Positions 28,106-38,480 of a DNA stretch of 64,000 bases are shown one piece after another. The position numbers and the translations under genes are program-made. How positions within the stretch are numbered: the first letter of the stretch is position 1; each line of letters begins with the position of its first letter. The DNA is from an uncultured delta proteobacterium (GTDB taxonomy: Bacteria > Myxococcota_A > UBA9160 > SMWR01), in assembly GCA_963832165.1 (NCBI GenBank), contig CAWHTE010000011.1, forward strand, positions 864,001 through 928,000, given 5' to 3'. Under the pieces are notes generated by a model. It saw only the letters and a program-made list of their open reading frames with translations, did no database searches and was not told where the DNA came from.

Positions 28106-31100
28106 ATGCGAATCAACCATAACCGCGCACGACGGATCGCGACTCTGGCCGCAATCGCGGCCCTCGCGGTACCGCGCGCGGCGATCACCGAGACCGTCGA
28201 CGACACGTTCCTGATCACGACGAGCGTCAAGCCGAACGTGATCCTGATCCTCGACAACTCGACCACGATGAACCAGATCGAGTGGCACCCGGCGTTCAAT
28301 CCGGCCACGGCGCCCACCTGCGCCGGCATCGATCCGAACACCGAGTATGTCGGGACGGGCAACAACGAGACCTACTGCGGGAACACCCGCAGGATGTACA
28401 AGGTGACCGCGGGCGGAGCCCCCGCGACGCTCTGGAATGGCAAGTATCTGGCCTGGTACTACAGCTTGAGCACGGCGGTTCCCGCGGAGAACGCGATCCT
28501 CAACCAGATCGCGACCAGCGTCGTCACGGTCGCGGGCTGCAACACAGCGGGCGCCGGAACGCGATTCACGGCGCAGTTCCGCCGCACGCGCGCCGACGCC
28601 ATGCGCCAGGTCTTCTTCGACGTGCTGTGCCTCTCGGAGCCGAAGGGCCTGCGCTTCGGCCTCGGAGTGCTTCGCCTTGCCGCCGACGCCGGCAGCGTCG
28701 ACCCCAACGGCGGCTATATCGCCGCGGCCGTCGACGACAATACGCCGGCCCACGCGGCCGATCTCGAGGCGCACATCGGCAATACGAAGATCAACGATCC
28801 GGGGACGCCCCTCACCGAGGCAGTCTTCCAGTACTACACGTACCTGATGCCGCGCACCAACGGGAGCATTCCCTACGGCAAGGGCGGCCCCCCTACGCGG
28901 TTCCCGAAATACGTCTACAACAAGAACGGCGACGACTCGACTGCGGCCGGCGGTCGCCTCGGCGACCCGGTGCAGCAGGCCTGCCAGAAGAACTACATGA
29001 TCCTCGTGACGAGCGGGCTCGCGACGCGCGACGACTTCGACACGGACCCCGCAACCACGTCGCAGGGCTTCGCCGACTTCGTCACGCTGGTCGGCGACTA
29101 CTATTCCGAAGGCGACACCGAGGTTCCGGGAACGACGGACGAGCGCACGCTCTACCTCGACGACCTCACGAAGTACATGCACGAGAACGACCTGCGCCCG
29201 GATTTCGACGACGATCAGACGATCGACTTCTACACGATCGGCTTCGGCACCACGGCGGCAGACAACGCGTACCTGAGCCGCGTCTCCGAAGGGGTCGGAG
29301 GCGGGCTCCACTTCACGGTGCAGGACGGAGATGCACTGTCGCAGGCGCTCGTCGACGCGCTCAACGACATCGTCGAGAAGTCGCGTTCGTTCACGGCGGC
29401 CACGGTTCCGTCGGCACGCACCGCCGACGGCGGCGACTTCTACAACAGCTTCTTCCTGCCGTCGGACAAGACGGCTTTCTGGGAGGGCCACCTGCGCGCA
29501 TGGCACTTCACGGCTGCGGGTGAGATCGTCGACAGCGACGATCATTGCGCGCTCGTCGACCCGGACGGCGGATCCGAGTGCAACGACGGCCCGTTCCAGG
29601 TGTCCTGCCAGACGGGCGAAATGTGGCCGGACTGCGTCAATCCGTTCTGGGACGCCGGCGATGCGACGCGCCTCACGCTCGATCCGGGCGCCGCCAATCC
29701 TACGACTACCCCATGGCCGGTCCCCGGCAACAACGCGCGCCAGCTCTACACGTCGAAGCTCTTCAGCGGAACACCCACGCTCGTCAACTTCGACATGGCC
29801 CTCACGAGGGCTGATCTCAAGCTCCTGACCTTCACAGTCGCCGGCACCGCGGGCATTCCCGCCGACCCGAGTCCGAACAGCGACTTGTACACGAGCAAGG
29901 GCAGCCAGGCCCTCAACGCGGACGGGCTCGCCGACGAGGTGGTCGCATACGCGCGTGGCTGCTTCTTCGGCACGGGCGTGACGGGTGCGAACATCCAGCC
30001 CGCACCCGACGGCCAGAAGCCCTGCGCGGAGCGCGGCTGGCTGATCGGGGACATCTTCCACTCCGACCCGATCGTGGTGCGCAACCCGGCGGTTCGCGAG
30101 CTCGATTCCAGCTACGACGCTTTCCGCACGACGTATGGCTCCCGCGATCGCGTGATCTACACCGGCACGAACGGCGGCTATCTCGAGGCGTTCCACGCGG
30201 GAGACTGGATCTCCACACCCAGCCCCGGGAAGTACGACGAGGGCACCGGCGTGGAGATATTCGGCTTCATGCCCTGGGAGCCGCGCACCAAGATCAAGAA
30301 CCAGCCGATCGACGCGCCGACCAACCGGACGCACTACGTCGACGGCGCACCGCAGGTAGCGGACGCTTGGTTCTACAGCGGCGCCAAGAGCGCCGTGAAG
30401 GCCGAGGCCGACTGGCACACCGTGCTCGCGGGCGGTCTGCGCGAGGGTGGCCGGCACTACTACGCCCTCGATGTCACGAACCCTTCGAAGCTCACGGGGA
30501 CCGGAAAGCCGCAGTATCCGGAGCTCCTCTGGGAGTTCCCGACCGAGGCCGACTTCAACTCGGGTACGGGCGACTATGTGAACATGGGCGAGACCTGGGG
30601 CCAGCCGATCATGGCGCGCGTGCGATTGCGCGTCTGCGATCCCACCTGCAGCGACAACGGCGGGCAGGGATTCGAGCGCTGGGTGGCGATCGTTACGGGC
30701 GGCTACGACGCCTCGAGCGACCCGAACCCCACCGTGGTGGACCCGAGCGCGGCGTACAGCGCCACCTCGACGAAGGGCCGCGGGATCTACATGATCGATC
30801 TCAAGACGGGAGCGGTGATCGCGCAGCAGAAGGTGACCACGCCCGGGGCGCCTCCGGCCCTGAATACCGGCACGGTCCAGAACCAGATGCAGTACTCGAT
30901 CCTGTCGACGCCGAGCGTGATCGACATCGACGCGGACGGCTTCGCCGACCTGGTCTTCGTCGGCGACCTGGGCGGCAACCTCTTCAAGTGGGTGATCAAG
31001 CCGATCGGCGAGGACCGCGTGAACGACGGCTCGGGCCTGCGCACGCAGCCCGCCTGGAAGTTCCAGCACTTGTTCCAGGCGCCGACCTTCACCGGGAGCC

Positions 31101-31789
31101 CCGGGAGCACGAAGTACTACAAGAACATCTTCCAACCGCCGTCGGCCGCGTACGTGAACAACACGCTCTGGCTCGGCTTCGGCACCGGCGAGCGCGCGGC
31201 GATCGGCTTCACGGATCGGCTGACCGACGGCGACGATCCCACCGACGCGACCGCCGACGACGAGGACCACACCGGTGAGGAGAACCGCTTCTACGCGATC
31301 AACGATCCCGACCCGCTCGCGACCGCGGCCACCGCGCCCAACGTGGTGACGGAAGCCGTGCTGACCGACATCACGACGGTGGGCACGCCCGTGACCTCGC
31401 AGCGCGGCTACTACTTCAAGTCGAGCAACGCCGAGAAGTTCGTCACCACCACGGTGATCTTCGCGGGCAAAGTGATCACGGCCTCGTTCACGCCCTCACA
31501 GATCCAGCCGGGCGCCCCGGGCTGGGACCCGTGCACTCAGCGCGGCAACGGCAAGCTCTACATCTTCGACCTCAGGACCGGGAAGGGCGTATTCGACGAC
31601 GGTGCGGGCGGCGAGCAGCGCTACACCGACATCGGCTCGGGCCTGCCGACCGATCCGAAGATATCGATCGGCGTCGGCGGCGACGACAACAAGATCGTGA
31701 TCCAGAAGAGCGGCACCGACATCCAGATCTTCGATGCGGAAGACGTGAGCTTTGGCCGCGGGATCATCTACTGGCGCGAGTTGCACTGA
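28106..31789 (+). CDS. pilY1: PilC/PilY1 family type IV pilus tip adhesin (1227 aa)
   Basis: Signal peptide; KPNVILILDNS, TPLTEA, CQKNYMILVTSG vWA-like region; GDIFHSDP, GTNGGYLEAF, YVDG, GETWGQP, DIDADGFAD Ca-loop, GFGTG, terminal YWRE. Confidence 0.93.
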   Translation: MRINHNRARRIATLAAIAALAVPRAAITETVDDTFLITTSVKPNVILILDNSTTMNQIEWHPAFNPATAPTCAGIDPNTEYVGTGNNETYCGNTRRMYKVTAGGAPATLWNGKYLAWYYSLSTAVPAENAILNQIATSVVTVAGCNTAGAGTRFTAQFRRTRADAMRQVFFDVLCLSEPKGLRFGLGVLRLAADAGSVDPNGGYIAAAVDDNTPAHAADLEAHIGNTKINDPGTPLTEAVFQYYTYLMPRTNGSIPYGKGGPPTRFPKYVYNKNGDDSTAAGGRLGDPVQQACQKNYMILVTSGLATRDDFDTDPATTSQGFADFVTLVGDYYSEGDTEVPGTTDERTLYLDDLTKYMHENDLRPDFDDDQTIDFYTIGFGTTAADNAYLSRVSEGVGGGLHFTVQDGDALSQALVDALNDIVEKSRSFTAATVPSARTADGGDFYNSFFLPSDKTAFWEGHLRAWHFTAAGEIVDSDDHCALVDPDGGSECNDGPFQVSCQTGEMWPDCVNPFWDAGDATRLTLDPGAANPTTTPWPVPGNNARQLYTSKLFSGTPTLVNFDMALTRADLKLLTFTVAGTAGIPADPSPNSDLYTSKGSQALNADGLADEVVAYARGCFFGTGVTGANIQPAPDGQKPCAERGWLIGDIFHSDPIVVRNPAVRELDSSYDAFRTTYGSRDRVIYTGTNGGYLEAFHAGDWISTPSPGKYDEGTGVEIFGFMPWEPRTKIKNQPIDAPTNRTHYVDGAPQVADAWFYSGAKSAVKAEADWHTVLAGGLREGGRHYYALDVTNPSKLTGTGKPQYPELLWEFPTEADFNSGTGDYVNMGETWGQPIMARVRLRVCDPTCSDNGGQGFERWVAIVTGGYDASSDPNPTVVDPSAAYSATSTKGRGIYMIDLKTGAVIAQQKVTTPGAPPALNTGTVQNQMQYSILSTPSVIDIDADGFADLVFVGDLGGNLFKWVIKPIGEDRVNDGSGLRTQPAWKFQHLFQAPTFTGSPGSTKYYKNIFQPPSAAYVNNTLWLGFGTGERAAIGFTDRLTDGDDPTDATADDEDHTGEENRFYAINDPDPLATAATAPNVVTEAVLTDITTVGTPVTSQRGYYFKSSNAEKFVTTTVIFAGKVITASFTPSQIQPGAPGWDPCTQRGNGKLYIFDLRTGKGVFDDGAGGEQRYTDIGSGLPTDPKISIGVGGDDNKIVIQKSGTDIQIFDAEDVSFGRGIIYWRELH

Positions 31790-31811
31790 TCAGTCTGCAG
31801 GGGGGAATGTC

Positions 31812-32831
31812 ATGCGAGGACTCGCGATCGGCTTCGCGATCGGGGCGCTGTGCGTGGGCTGTGGCGAGGGCGCACCGCCCGCGCCCACGTCCGCGACGGC
31901 GTCGCTCGAGTTCGGCGAGGCGGCTGGCAACCGCGCTCCGATCATCGAATCGGTGCGCCTCGATCCGGCCGAGCCCGCGCAGAGCGCCACCGTGAGCGCG
32001 GTGGTGATGGCGCGCGATCCCGACGGCCAGCCCGTGAAGCTCGTCCACCGCTGGTTCGTCGATGGCGCCGAGCAGCGCACGGACGCCCCGACCTTCGCGC
32101 TCGAAGGCGTGGCCAAGGGCGCGGAGATCCGTGTGTCGGTGGTCGCGAGCGATGGCGTGCTCACGAGCGACGCGATGGAATGGTCAGCGCGCGTGATCGA
32201 TCGCCTGCCGCAGATCACCTCCGCGGTGCTCGCGCCGGAGGGATCGGTGGCCTCCGGCCAGCCGATCAGCGCACGGGCGGCCGCCGCGGATCCCGATGGC
32301 GACCCGGTCGACTTCGAGTACGCCTGGTTCGTGAACGGCGAGCGCCGCAGCGACACCGGCTCGGTGCTCGCGACCGACGGATTGAAGGGTGGAGATGCGA
32401 TCTACGCCGAGGTGCGCGCGAGCGACGGGAGCAACTGGAGCGATCCGCAGCGCACCGCGAGCGTGAGCATCGGCGGCGCCCATCCCGAGATCACCTCGAC
32501 GCCGCCCGGGCCCCGCGAGGACGGCGAGTTCCGCTACCAGGTGGTTGCGGTCGATCCCGACGGCGACAAACGGCTGCGTTATTCGCTCGAGCAGGGTCCG
32601 GACGGGATGGCGATCGACGACGTGGTCGGCACGTTGACCTGGCGCCCTCACGAGGCCAAGCCGGGCGTTCACTCCGTGATCGTGGTCGTGCGCGACTCGA
32701 GCGGACTCGAGACGAAGCAGTCGTTCTCGGTGACCTTGGCAGAGAGGACGGAGACGATCGCGGCGCCCCAGGGCCGCCACAACCGTCTCCGGAAGCCCGC
32801 CGAACCGACGCCCGCGTCGCCCGAGGAGTAG
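31812..32831 (+). CDS. Lipoprotein with Ig/cadherin-like repeats
   Basis: LCVGC lipobox; repeated N.AP.I..DPDG motifs; YQVVAVDPDGD, GPDGMAID putative Ig domain. Confidence 0.8.
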   Translation: MRGLAIGFAIGALCVGCGEGAPPAPTSATASLEFGEAAGNRAPIIESVRLDPAEPAQSATVSAVVMARDPDGQPVKLVHRWFVDGAEQRTDAPTFALEGVAKGAEIRVSVVASDGVLTSDAMEWSARVIDRLPQITSAVLAPEGSVASGQPISARAAAADPDGDPVDFEYAWFVNGERRSDTGSVLATDGLKGGDAIYAEVRASDGSNWSDPQRTASVSIGGAHPEITSTPPGPREDGEFRYQVVAVDPDGDKRLRYSLEQGPDGMAIDDVVGTLTWRPHEAKPGVHSVIVVVRDSSGLETKQSFSVTLAERTETIAAPQGRHNRLRKPAEPTPASPEE

Positions 32832-32866
32832 ACCCGCTAGCCTGTGCCCCGCCTCGAGGAGGGCCC

Positions 32867-34204
32867 ATGGCGCGGCTGGATCTCACGGTCGACCCGAAGA
32901 GTGAGTACGAACGCAAGCTCATGACGGCCGAGCAGGCGGCCGGGATGGTCGAATCGGGCGACCTGATCTGGATCCCGAGCACGCACGTCCCGCCCGCGAT
33001 CATGGCCGTGCTCGCGACGCGCGAGAGCGAGCTGCGCGACGTCACGATCCGCAGCGTGGCACTTCCGAACATGGGCTGGTTCCGCGAGGACGCCGCGGTC
33101 GCGTGGAACCTGCAGGTGCAGTACGCGATCGTGCCCGACAACCGCCAGGCGCTCGTGGACCGCGTGATCGACTGCCAACCGCTCGCGATGATCCGCGAGC
33201 ACAAGGTGCGCGACACGCGACCGGGTGAAGAGCGCCCGATCGACAATCTCTTCCTCGTCGTATCGCCTCCGAATCCCCAGGGCTGGGTCTGCGTGGGCAA
33301 CTCGGTGTGGGACGCCGTGACGAGCGCGCCGCGCGCGAAGCGCGTGATCGTCGAGCAGAGCGCCGCGGTTCCGCTCACCACGGGAGACAGCTGGCTCCAT
33401 GTGTCGCAGCTCGATGCGATCGTACTGGGCGACCGCCCGCGCCTCGCGCTGCCGGATCCCGACCCCGCGAACTTCCCCGCGAGCGATCACGGCATCGCCG
33501 CGAATCTCAAGACACTCGTGAAGGACGGCGCGACGATCCAGCTCGGGCTCGGCAAGCGCACCACGGCCGCGATGCTGCTCGGCGCGTTCGATCACGCGAA
33601 CGACCTCGGCTATTTCGGCGAGCTGACCGTGCCCGGCACGATCGAGCGCGCGCGGCGCGGCATCATCACGAGCAAGTACGCCGAGGTGCACCCGAACCGC
33701 TTCGTGTCGTGCAACATGGGCAACAGCTCCGAGGACATGGACACGATCGAGGGCAATCCGTTCTACGAGCTCGCCTCGTACGAACACACCAACGACCCGC
33801 AGACGATCGCGCGCCACGACGACATGCTCACGATCAACTGCGCGCTCGGAATCGATCTGACCGGTCAGATCGCCGTGTACGCACTCGGTCCGTTCGTGTA
33901 CACGGGTCTGGGCGGCCAGCTCGCGTTCCACCTGGGCGCGTTTCTGTCCAAGCGCGGCCGCGCCGTGACACTGATCCCGTCCTCGGCGAAGGGCGGCAAG
34001 CTCTCCACGATCGTTCCGCAGTTCGGCGCGGGCCAGATCGTCTCGATCCCGCGCGAGCTCGCCGACACGATCGTCACCGAGCACGGCGTGGCACATCTGC
34101 TCGGCAAGAGCGTGCGCGAGCGCGCTGCGGCGCTGTGCGAGGTGGCCCATCCTGACCACCGCGACTGGCTGCAGAGCGAGGCGAAGCGGCTGTTCTATCC
34201 CTAG
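32867..34204 (+). CDS. Acetyl-CoA hydrolase/transferase family (4-hydroxybutyrate CoA-transferase-like)
   Basis: TIQLGLG, IDLTGQ, GLGGQ, IVTEHGVAHL.GKSVRERA, AHPDHR. Confidence 0.88.
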   Translation: MARLDLTVDPKSEYERKLMTAEQAAGMVESGDLIWIPSTHVPPAIMAVLATRESELRDVTIRSVALPNMGWFREDAAVAWNLQVQYAIVPDNRQALVDRVIDCQPLAMIREHKVRDTRPGEERPIDNLFLVVSPPNPQGWVCVGNSVWDAVTSAPRAKRVIVEQSAAVPLTTGDSWLHVSQLDAIVLGDRPRLALPDPDPANFPASDHGIAANLKTLVKDGATIQLGLGKRTTAAMLLGAFDHANDLGYFGELTVPGTIERARRGIITSKYAEVHPNRFVSCNMGNSSEDMDTIEGNPFYELASYEHTNDPQTIARHDDMLTINCALGIDLTGQIAVYALGPFVYTGLGGQLAFHLGAFLSKRGRAVTLIPSSAKGGKLSTIVPQFGAGQIVSIPRELADTIVTEHGVAHLLGKSVRERAAALCEVAHPDHRDWLQSEAKRLFYP

Positions 34205-34665
34205 AGGCGCTTTTCCCCGAAGAACGTCGCCACCGGGTTGGCGTTGAAGTTGCCGATCGGCAGGTAGCCCGCGCGCTCGTACATGCGCTGCGCACGCGGC
34301 TGACGCGGGCCGGTGTCGAGGCGCGCAATCGAATAACCGAGGTCGCGCGCGCGCCTCTCGAGCTCCTCGAGCAGCGCTCGCGCGACACCTCGCCCGCGCG
34401 CCTTCTCGACCACGAACATCTTCTTGATCTCGCACGCGCCGTCGGGCAGCCGCTTCAGACCGCCGCAGCACACGGGCAGGCCCTCTTCGAGGCCCACGAC
34501 GAACGTTCCGCCGGGCGGTCCGAGCTCTGCGGGCCCGCCCTTCGGCATGTCCGGCCCGTCGAGCGCGAGCCCTTCGTAGATCGCCGCGATCTCGTCGCGC
34601 ATGCCCGCGACGAGTGTGGCGGCGGGCTCGTCCTCCATCGGACACGTGCGGAACTCGAGCGTCAC
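34201..34665 (-). CDS. GNAT family N-acetyltransferase
   Basis: EIKKMFV, ARGRGVARALL, LDTG, MYERAGY; GTGA overlap with upstream stop. Confidence 0.9.
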   Translation of the reverse strand: MTLEFRTCPMEDEPAATLVAGMRDEIAAIYEGLALDGPDMPKGGPAELGPPGGTFVVGLEEGLPVCCGGLKRLPDGACEIKKMFVVEKARGRGVARALLEELERRARDLGYSIARLDTGPRQPRAQRMYERAGYLPIGNFNANPVATFFGEKRL

Positions 34666-35461
34666 GGCTTGCGCGTCGCCTTCACCTGCTGCATCAGACC
34701 CGACACGTCGCCGCCGAGCGCGGCGAGGTGAGGGCCGGCCTGGAGGTCGTTGCCGACGCGGATCGCGGTGCGCACGCCGCGCGCCTCGAGTGCCGCGTAG
34801 ACGAAGCGCTTGTTGACCGTCACCACGGCGGGCGGCACCTCGGCGATGCGCCGCGCGATCTCCACGACGCGCGTCTCGAGCTCGTCGTCGGGGAAGGCCT
34901 GGTTCACGAGCCCGGCATTCGCCGCTTCCACGCCGTCGTACTCGCGGCCCGCCACGTGCAGCTCCATCGCGTGGCGCGCCGAGAGCAGAGCGGGGAACCA
35001 CGGGAAGTCGGGCAGACCCGCGAAGCGCAGCACGGGGTGCGAGAGGCGCGCCGACGCCGCGGCGTAGGCGAGGTCGCACGCACCCGCGAGCTCGAGTCCG
35101 CCCGCCATCGCATAGCCGTGGATCATCGCGATCACGGGCTTGGCCAGGTCCCAGAGCGACATCCAGCCTTCGCTCACGTGGCGCGCCCACTGCAGCCCGA
35201 CGTTCGGCGTGAAGTAGGGCTGGTTCGCGCCGAGGTCCGACTTCAAGTCGTAGCCCGAGGAGAAGCAGGGGCCCGCGCCGCGCACGATCGAGACGCGCAC
35301 GGCCGCATCGCCGTCGGCGCGCTGGAGCGCGCCGAGCAGCTCGGCGCGCATCTGGTTGTCGATCGCGTTGCGCTTCTCGGGGCGGTTCAGCGTGACGATC
35401 TGCACGCCGGGTGCAGCTTCCGAGATCGCGATTCGTTCGTAGTCAGTCTTTTCGCTCCCAT
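34662..35461 (-). CDS. Enoyl-CoA hydratase/isomerase family; start region out of frame
   Basis: TLNRPEKRNAI, FSSGYDL, KPVIAMIHG, AGGLEL; frame extends up to (SEK)[10 protein letters not shown] but nearest ATG (35461) is off frame. Confidence 0.85.
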
Positions 35462-36550
35462 TGGTCTTCGCTCGCCTTCGGCTCGCTGCGCGAAACTTGC
35501 GCTCGCTGCGTGCTCCGCGCCACGAGCTCGGCCATCAGCGCGTACGCCTCTTCCTGCTGCGTGCGCACGGTGACGCCGGTGTAGGGCATCGGTTCCCAGT
35601 GCTTGCGCCAGCGCTCGCGGATCCGCGCGACGGGACCGAACAGACCGCCCTCGTCGATGTAGTCGTCGGGCACGGCCGCGATCGCCTCGTCGCGCCGGCC
35701 GGCCTGGAACAGCTCGTGGATCCGGTTCGCCGCCTCGCCCCAGCCTTCGCGCTCCATGCGCTTCTTGTGGAAGTTCTGCTTCGGGTGGCCCATGCCGCCC
35801 ACGTAGAGCGCGACGAAGGGCTTGCCTCGCCTGGAGCGCCGACTTCACGTCGTCGGTGATCGTCACCGTGACACCGCCCTGGATCTCGAAGTCGCGGTAG
35901 CTCTTGCCGCCGCCCGCGCGCCGGAATCCCTCTTCGAGCCAGGTCGTGAACGTCCTGGTGTTGCCGGGGCGCAGCCCGAACGGCAGCCAGCCGTCGGCGA
36001 CTTCGGCCGTGAGGATCACCGTCTCCTTCGCGCCCGTGCCGAGCCAGATCCGCGGCCGCGGCTCGTAGTGCAGGATCGACTTGAGCGGCTTGCCCATCCC
36101 CGATGCGCCGGGTCCGCGGTAGGGCAGCGAGATCTCGACGCCGTCGTGCTCGACCGGTCCTTCGCGCGCGAACACCTTGCGCAGGATCGCGACGTAGTCG
36201 CGCATGCGCTCCTTGGGATTGCCCCAGGGTGCGCCATACCAGCCTTCGACGATCTGCGGACCCGAGACCCCGAGCCCGCCGATCACGCGCCCGCCGCCCG
36301 CGAGTGCGTCGAGCGTGCCGAGCTGCATCGCCGCCATCGTGGGGCTGCGCGCGGCGAGCTGCATCACGCCCGTGCCGAGCCGGATGCGCTTCGTGTGCGC
36401 AGCGACGTAGGCGAGAGGCGTGATCGCATCGGAGCCGTAGGCCTCCGCGGTCCAGACCGAGTCGTAGCCGAGCGCTTCGCAGCGCCGGATGCGTTCGATC
36501 GGAACGTCGACTCCACGTCCGGCGTACTCGATCGCGAGTCCGAGCTTCAT
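35443..36550 (-). CDS. LLM-class, probable F420-dependent oxidoreductase; +1 frame break ~35825
   Basis: [36 protein letters not shown], then YVGGMG in next frame; paralog of 48076-49095. Confidence 0.88.
35462..35510. repeat. 49-bp REP-like repeat, copy 1
   Basis: TGGTCTTCGCTCGCCTTCGGCTCGCTGCGCGAAACTTGCGCTCGCTGCG identical to 44783-44831. Confidence 0.9.
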
Positions 36551-36590
36551 GGGGGGAGCTCCTCGAGAGGGACGTCCAGCTTACGCGAAC

Positions 36591-38475
36591 TCAGACGTCC
36601 TGGAACGGGAACGAGAACAGGAACGTCCAGAGTGCGCGGCGGTGGTCGGCTCGGCCCGCGAGGTGCGCACTCCACATCGCCTCGATCGGCGCGGCGCGAA
36701 ACCAGCCACCGCGGCGCGTGCGCGCGAGGCACGCCTCCATGCGCTCGCGCAACACGGTGCGCAGCCAGTCGGCCTGCGGCACGCCGAACCCCTGCTTCGG
36801 CTTGTGGAGCAACGCGGGCGGCAGCATGCGCTCGGCCGAGCGGCGCATCAGCACTTTGCCGCGCCCGCGCGCGAAGATCAGCTCGGGGGGCAGGCTCGCG
36901 AGCAGCTCGGCGAGGTCGGGGTCGAGCAGCGGCGCGCGCACCTCGAGCGAGTGCATCATGCTCGCGCGGTCGACCTTCGCGAGCACCGACGTCACGAGAT
37001 AGGTGCGCAGCCAGGTGTGGATCTGCGCGTAGAGCGGACCCGCGCCGCTCGCCTCCGCGAACGCGCGACGCGTCGGCTCGAGCACCGCGTCGGGATCGAC
37101 CTCGTGCGCGAGGTCGGGATCGATCGCGCCGCAGCGCGTCGGGCAGCGGGAAGCCCGCGAGCCAGCCCGACACGCGCTCTTCGGGCGGGTGCAGGAATCC
37201 CTGCGCGAAGTGCTTCACCACGAAGCGCGGCGAGAGGTTGCGCGCGTCGACGGGCAGCGCGCGCTCGAGCGCGCGCACCGCTCCGAGCCAGGCCGCGCGC
37301 GGGAGCACGTGCTCGAGCGCGCGGGCGAGGCGCCAGGCGCGGAACGGGGCGTAGCCGGCCTGGAGCTCGTCGCCGCCGTCGCCGCCCAGCGCCACGACCA
37401 CGTGCTCGCGCGCGAAGCGGCACAGAAGTGACGTCGGAACGATGCTCGGATCGCCGAGCGGCTCCGGCAGGTGGCGCCACACCGCGTCGATCTCGCGCTC
37501 GAGATCGGCGCCGGTCGCGAGGATCTCGTGGTGTTCGGCACCGATCTGCTCTGCGAGCAGGCGCGCGCTCGCGCGCTCGTCGTAGGAGCTCTCCTCGAAG
37601 CCGACCGTGAACGTGCGGATGCGGTCGGCGGGACGGATCCGCCGCCACGTCGAGGCGAGCAGTGAGCTGTCGATTCCGCCCGAGAGGAACACGCCGACCG
37701 GAACGTCGCTGCGCAGGCGCAGCGCGAGCGCGTGCTCGAGCGCCACCTCGTAGCGCGCGCACGCCTCTTCGACGGCGATCGGCTCGGGCCGCGGCGTGAA
37801 GCGCCAGAACGTCCCCGTGCCGCGTACGCCGCCGTTGGGATCGAGCTCGACCCACGACGCAGCGGGCACCTGCGAGACGTCGCGGTACACCGTTGTCGCA
37901 TCGGGCATGCCGTCGTACACGAGGTAGCGCGCGACGCCGAGCGGATCGGGCGGCGGCGGACCCCCGGGCCCGCGCGTGAAGCTGCGCAGCTCGGAGGAGA
38001 ACACGAGCACACGTCGCCCGTCCTCACCGCGCGGCGTGCCCCAGTAGAGCGGCTTCTTGCCGAACCGGTCGCGCGCGAGCAGCAGGCGCCGCGGACCCGG
38101 CCGAAACCACGCGAACGCGAACATCCCGTTCAGCTCGGGCAGCACGTCGCGGCCCCAGAGCTCGAGCGCCTCGATCAGCACCGACGTGTCGTAGCGGCGA
38201 TCGGGCTTGCGGCCCGCGGCCTCGAGGCGATCAGCGAGCTCGAGGTAGTTGTAGATCTCGCCGTTGAACGCGATCACCGACTCGCCCGAGCGGCTGCGCA
38301 TCGGCTGCCGACCGCCCGCGTCGAGTCCGATGATCGCGAGGCGGCGATGGCCGAGCGCGAGCTCGGGCGAGGACCAGCGGCCTTCGTCGTCGGGGCCGCG
38401 ATGCGCGAGACCGCCGAGCAGGCGCTCGACCCATTCGGCGCCGCGCGGGCCGCCGACGCCCAGGATGCCGCACAT
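36591..38475 (-). CDS. asnB: Asparagine synthase (glutamine-hydrolysing); frame break ~37130
   Basis: MCGI N-terminus, [59 protein letters not shown]. Confidence 0.92.
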
Positions 38476-38480
38476 CCTTA

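Noticed and set aside
36600..36625. GAAC-rich short repeats
   Set aside because: Coding sequence of the asnB C-terminus (FLFSFPF) on the minus strand.
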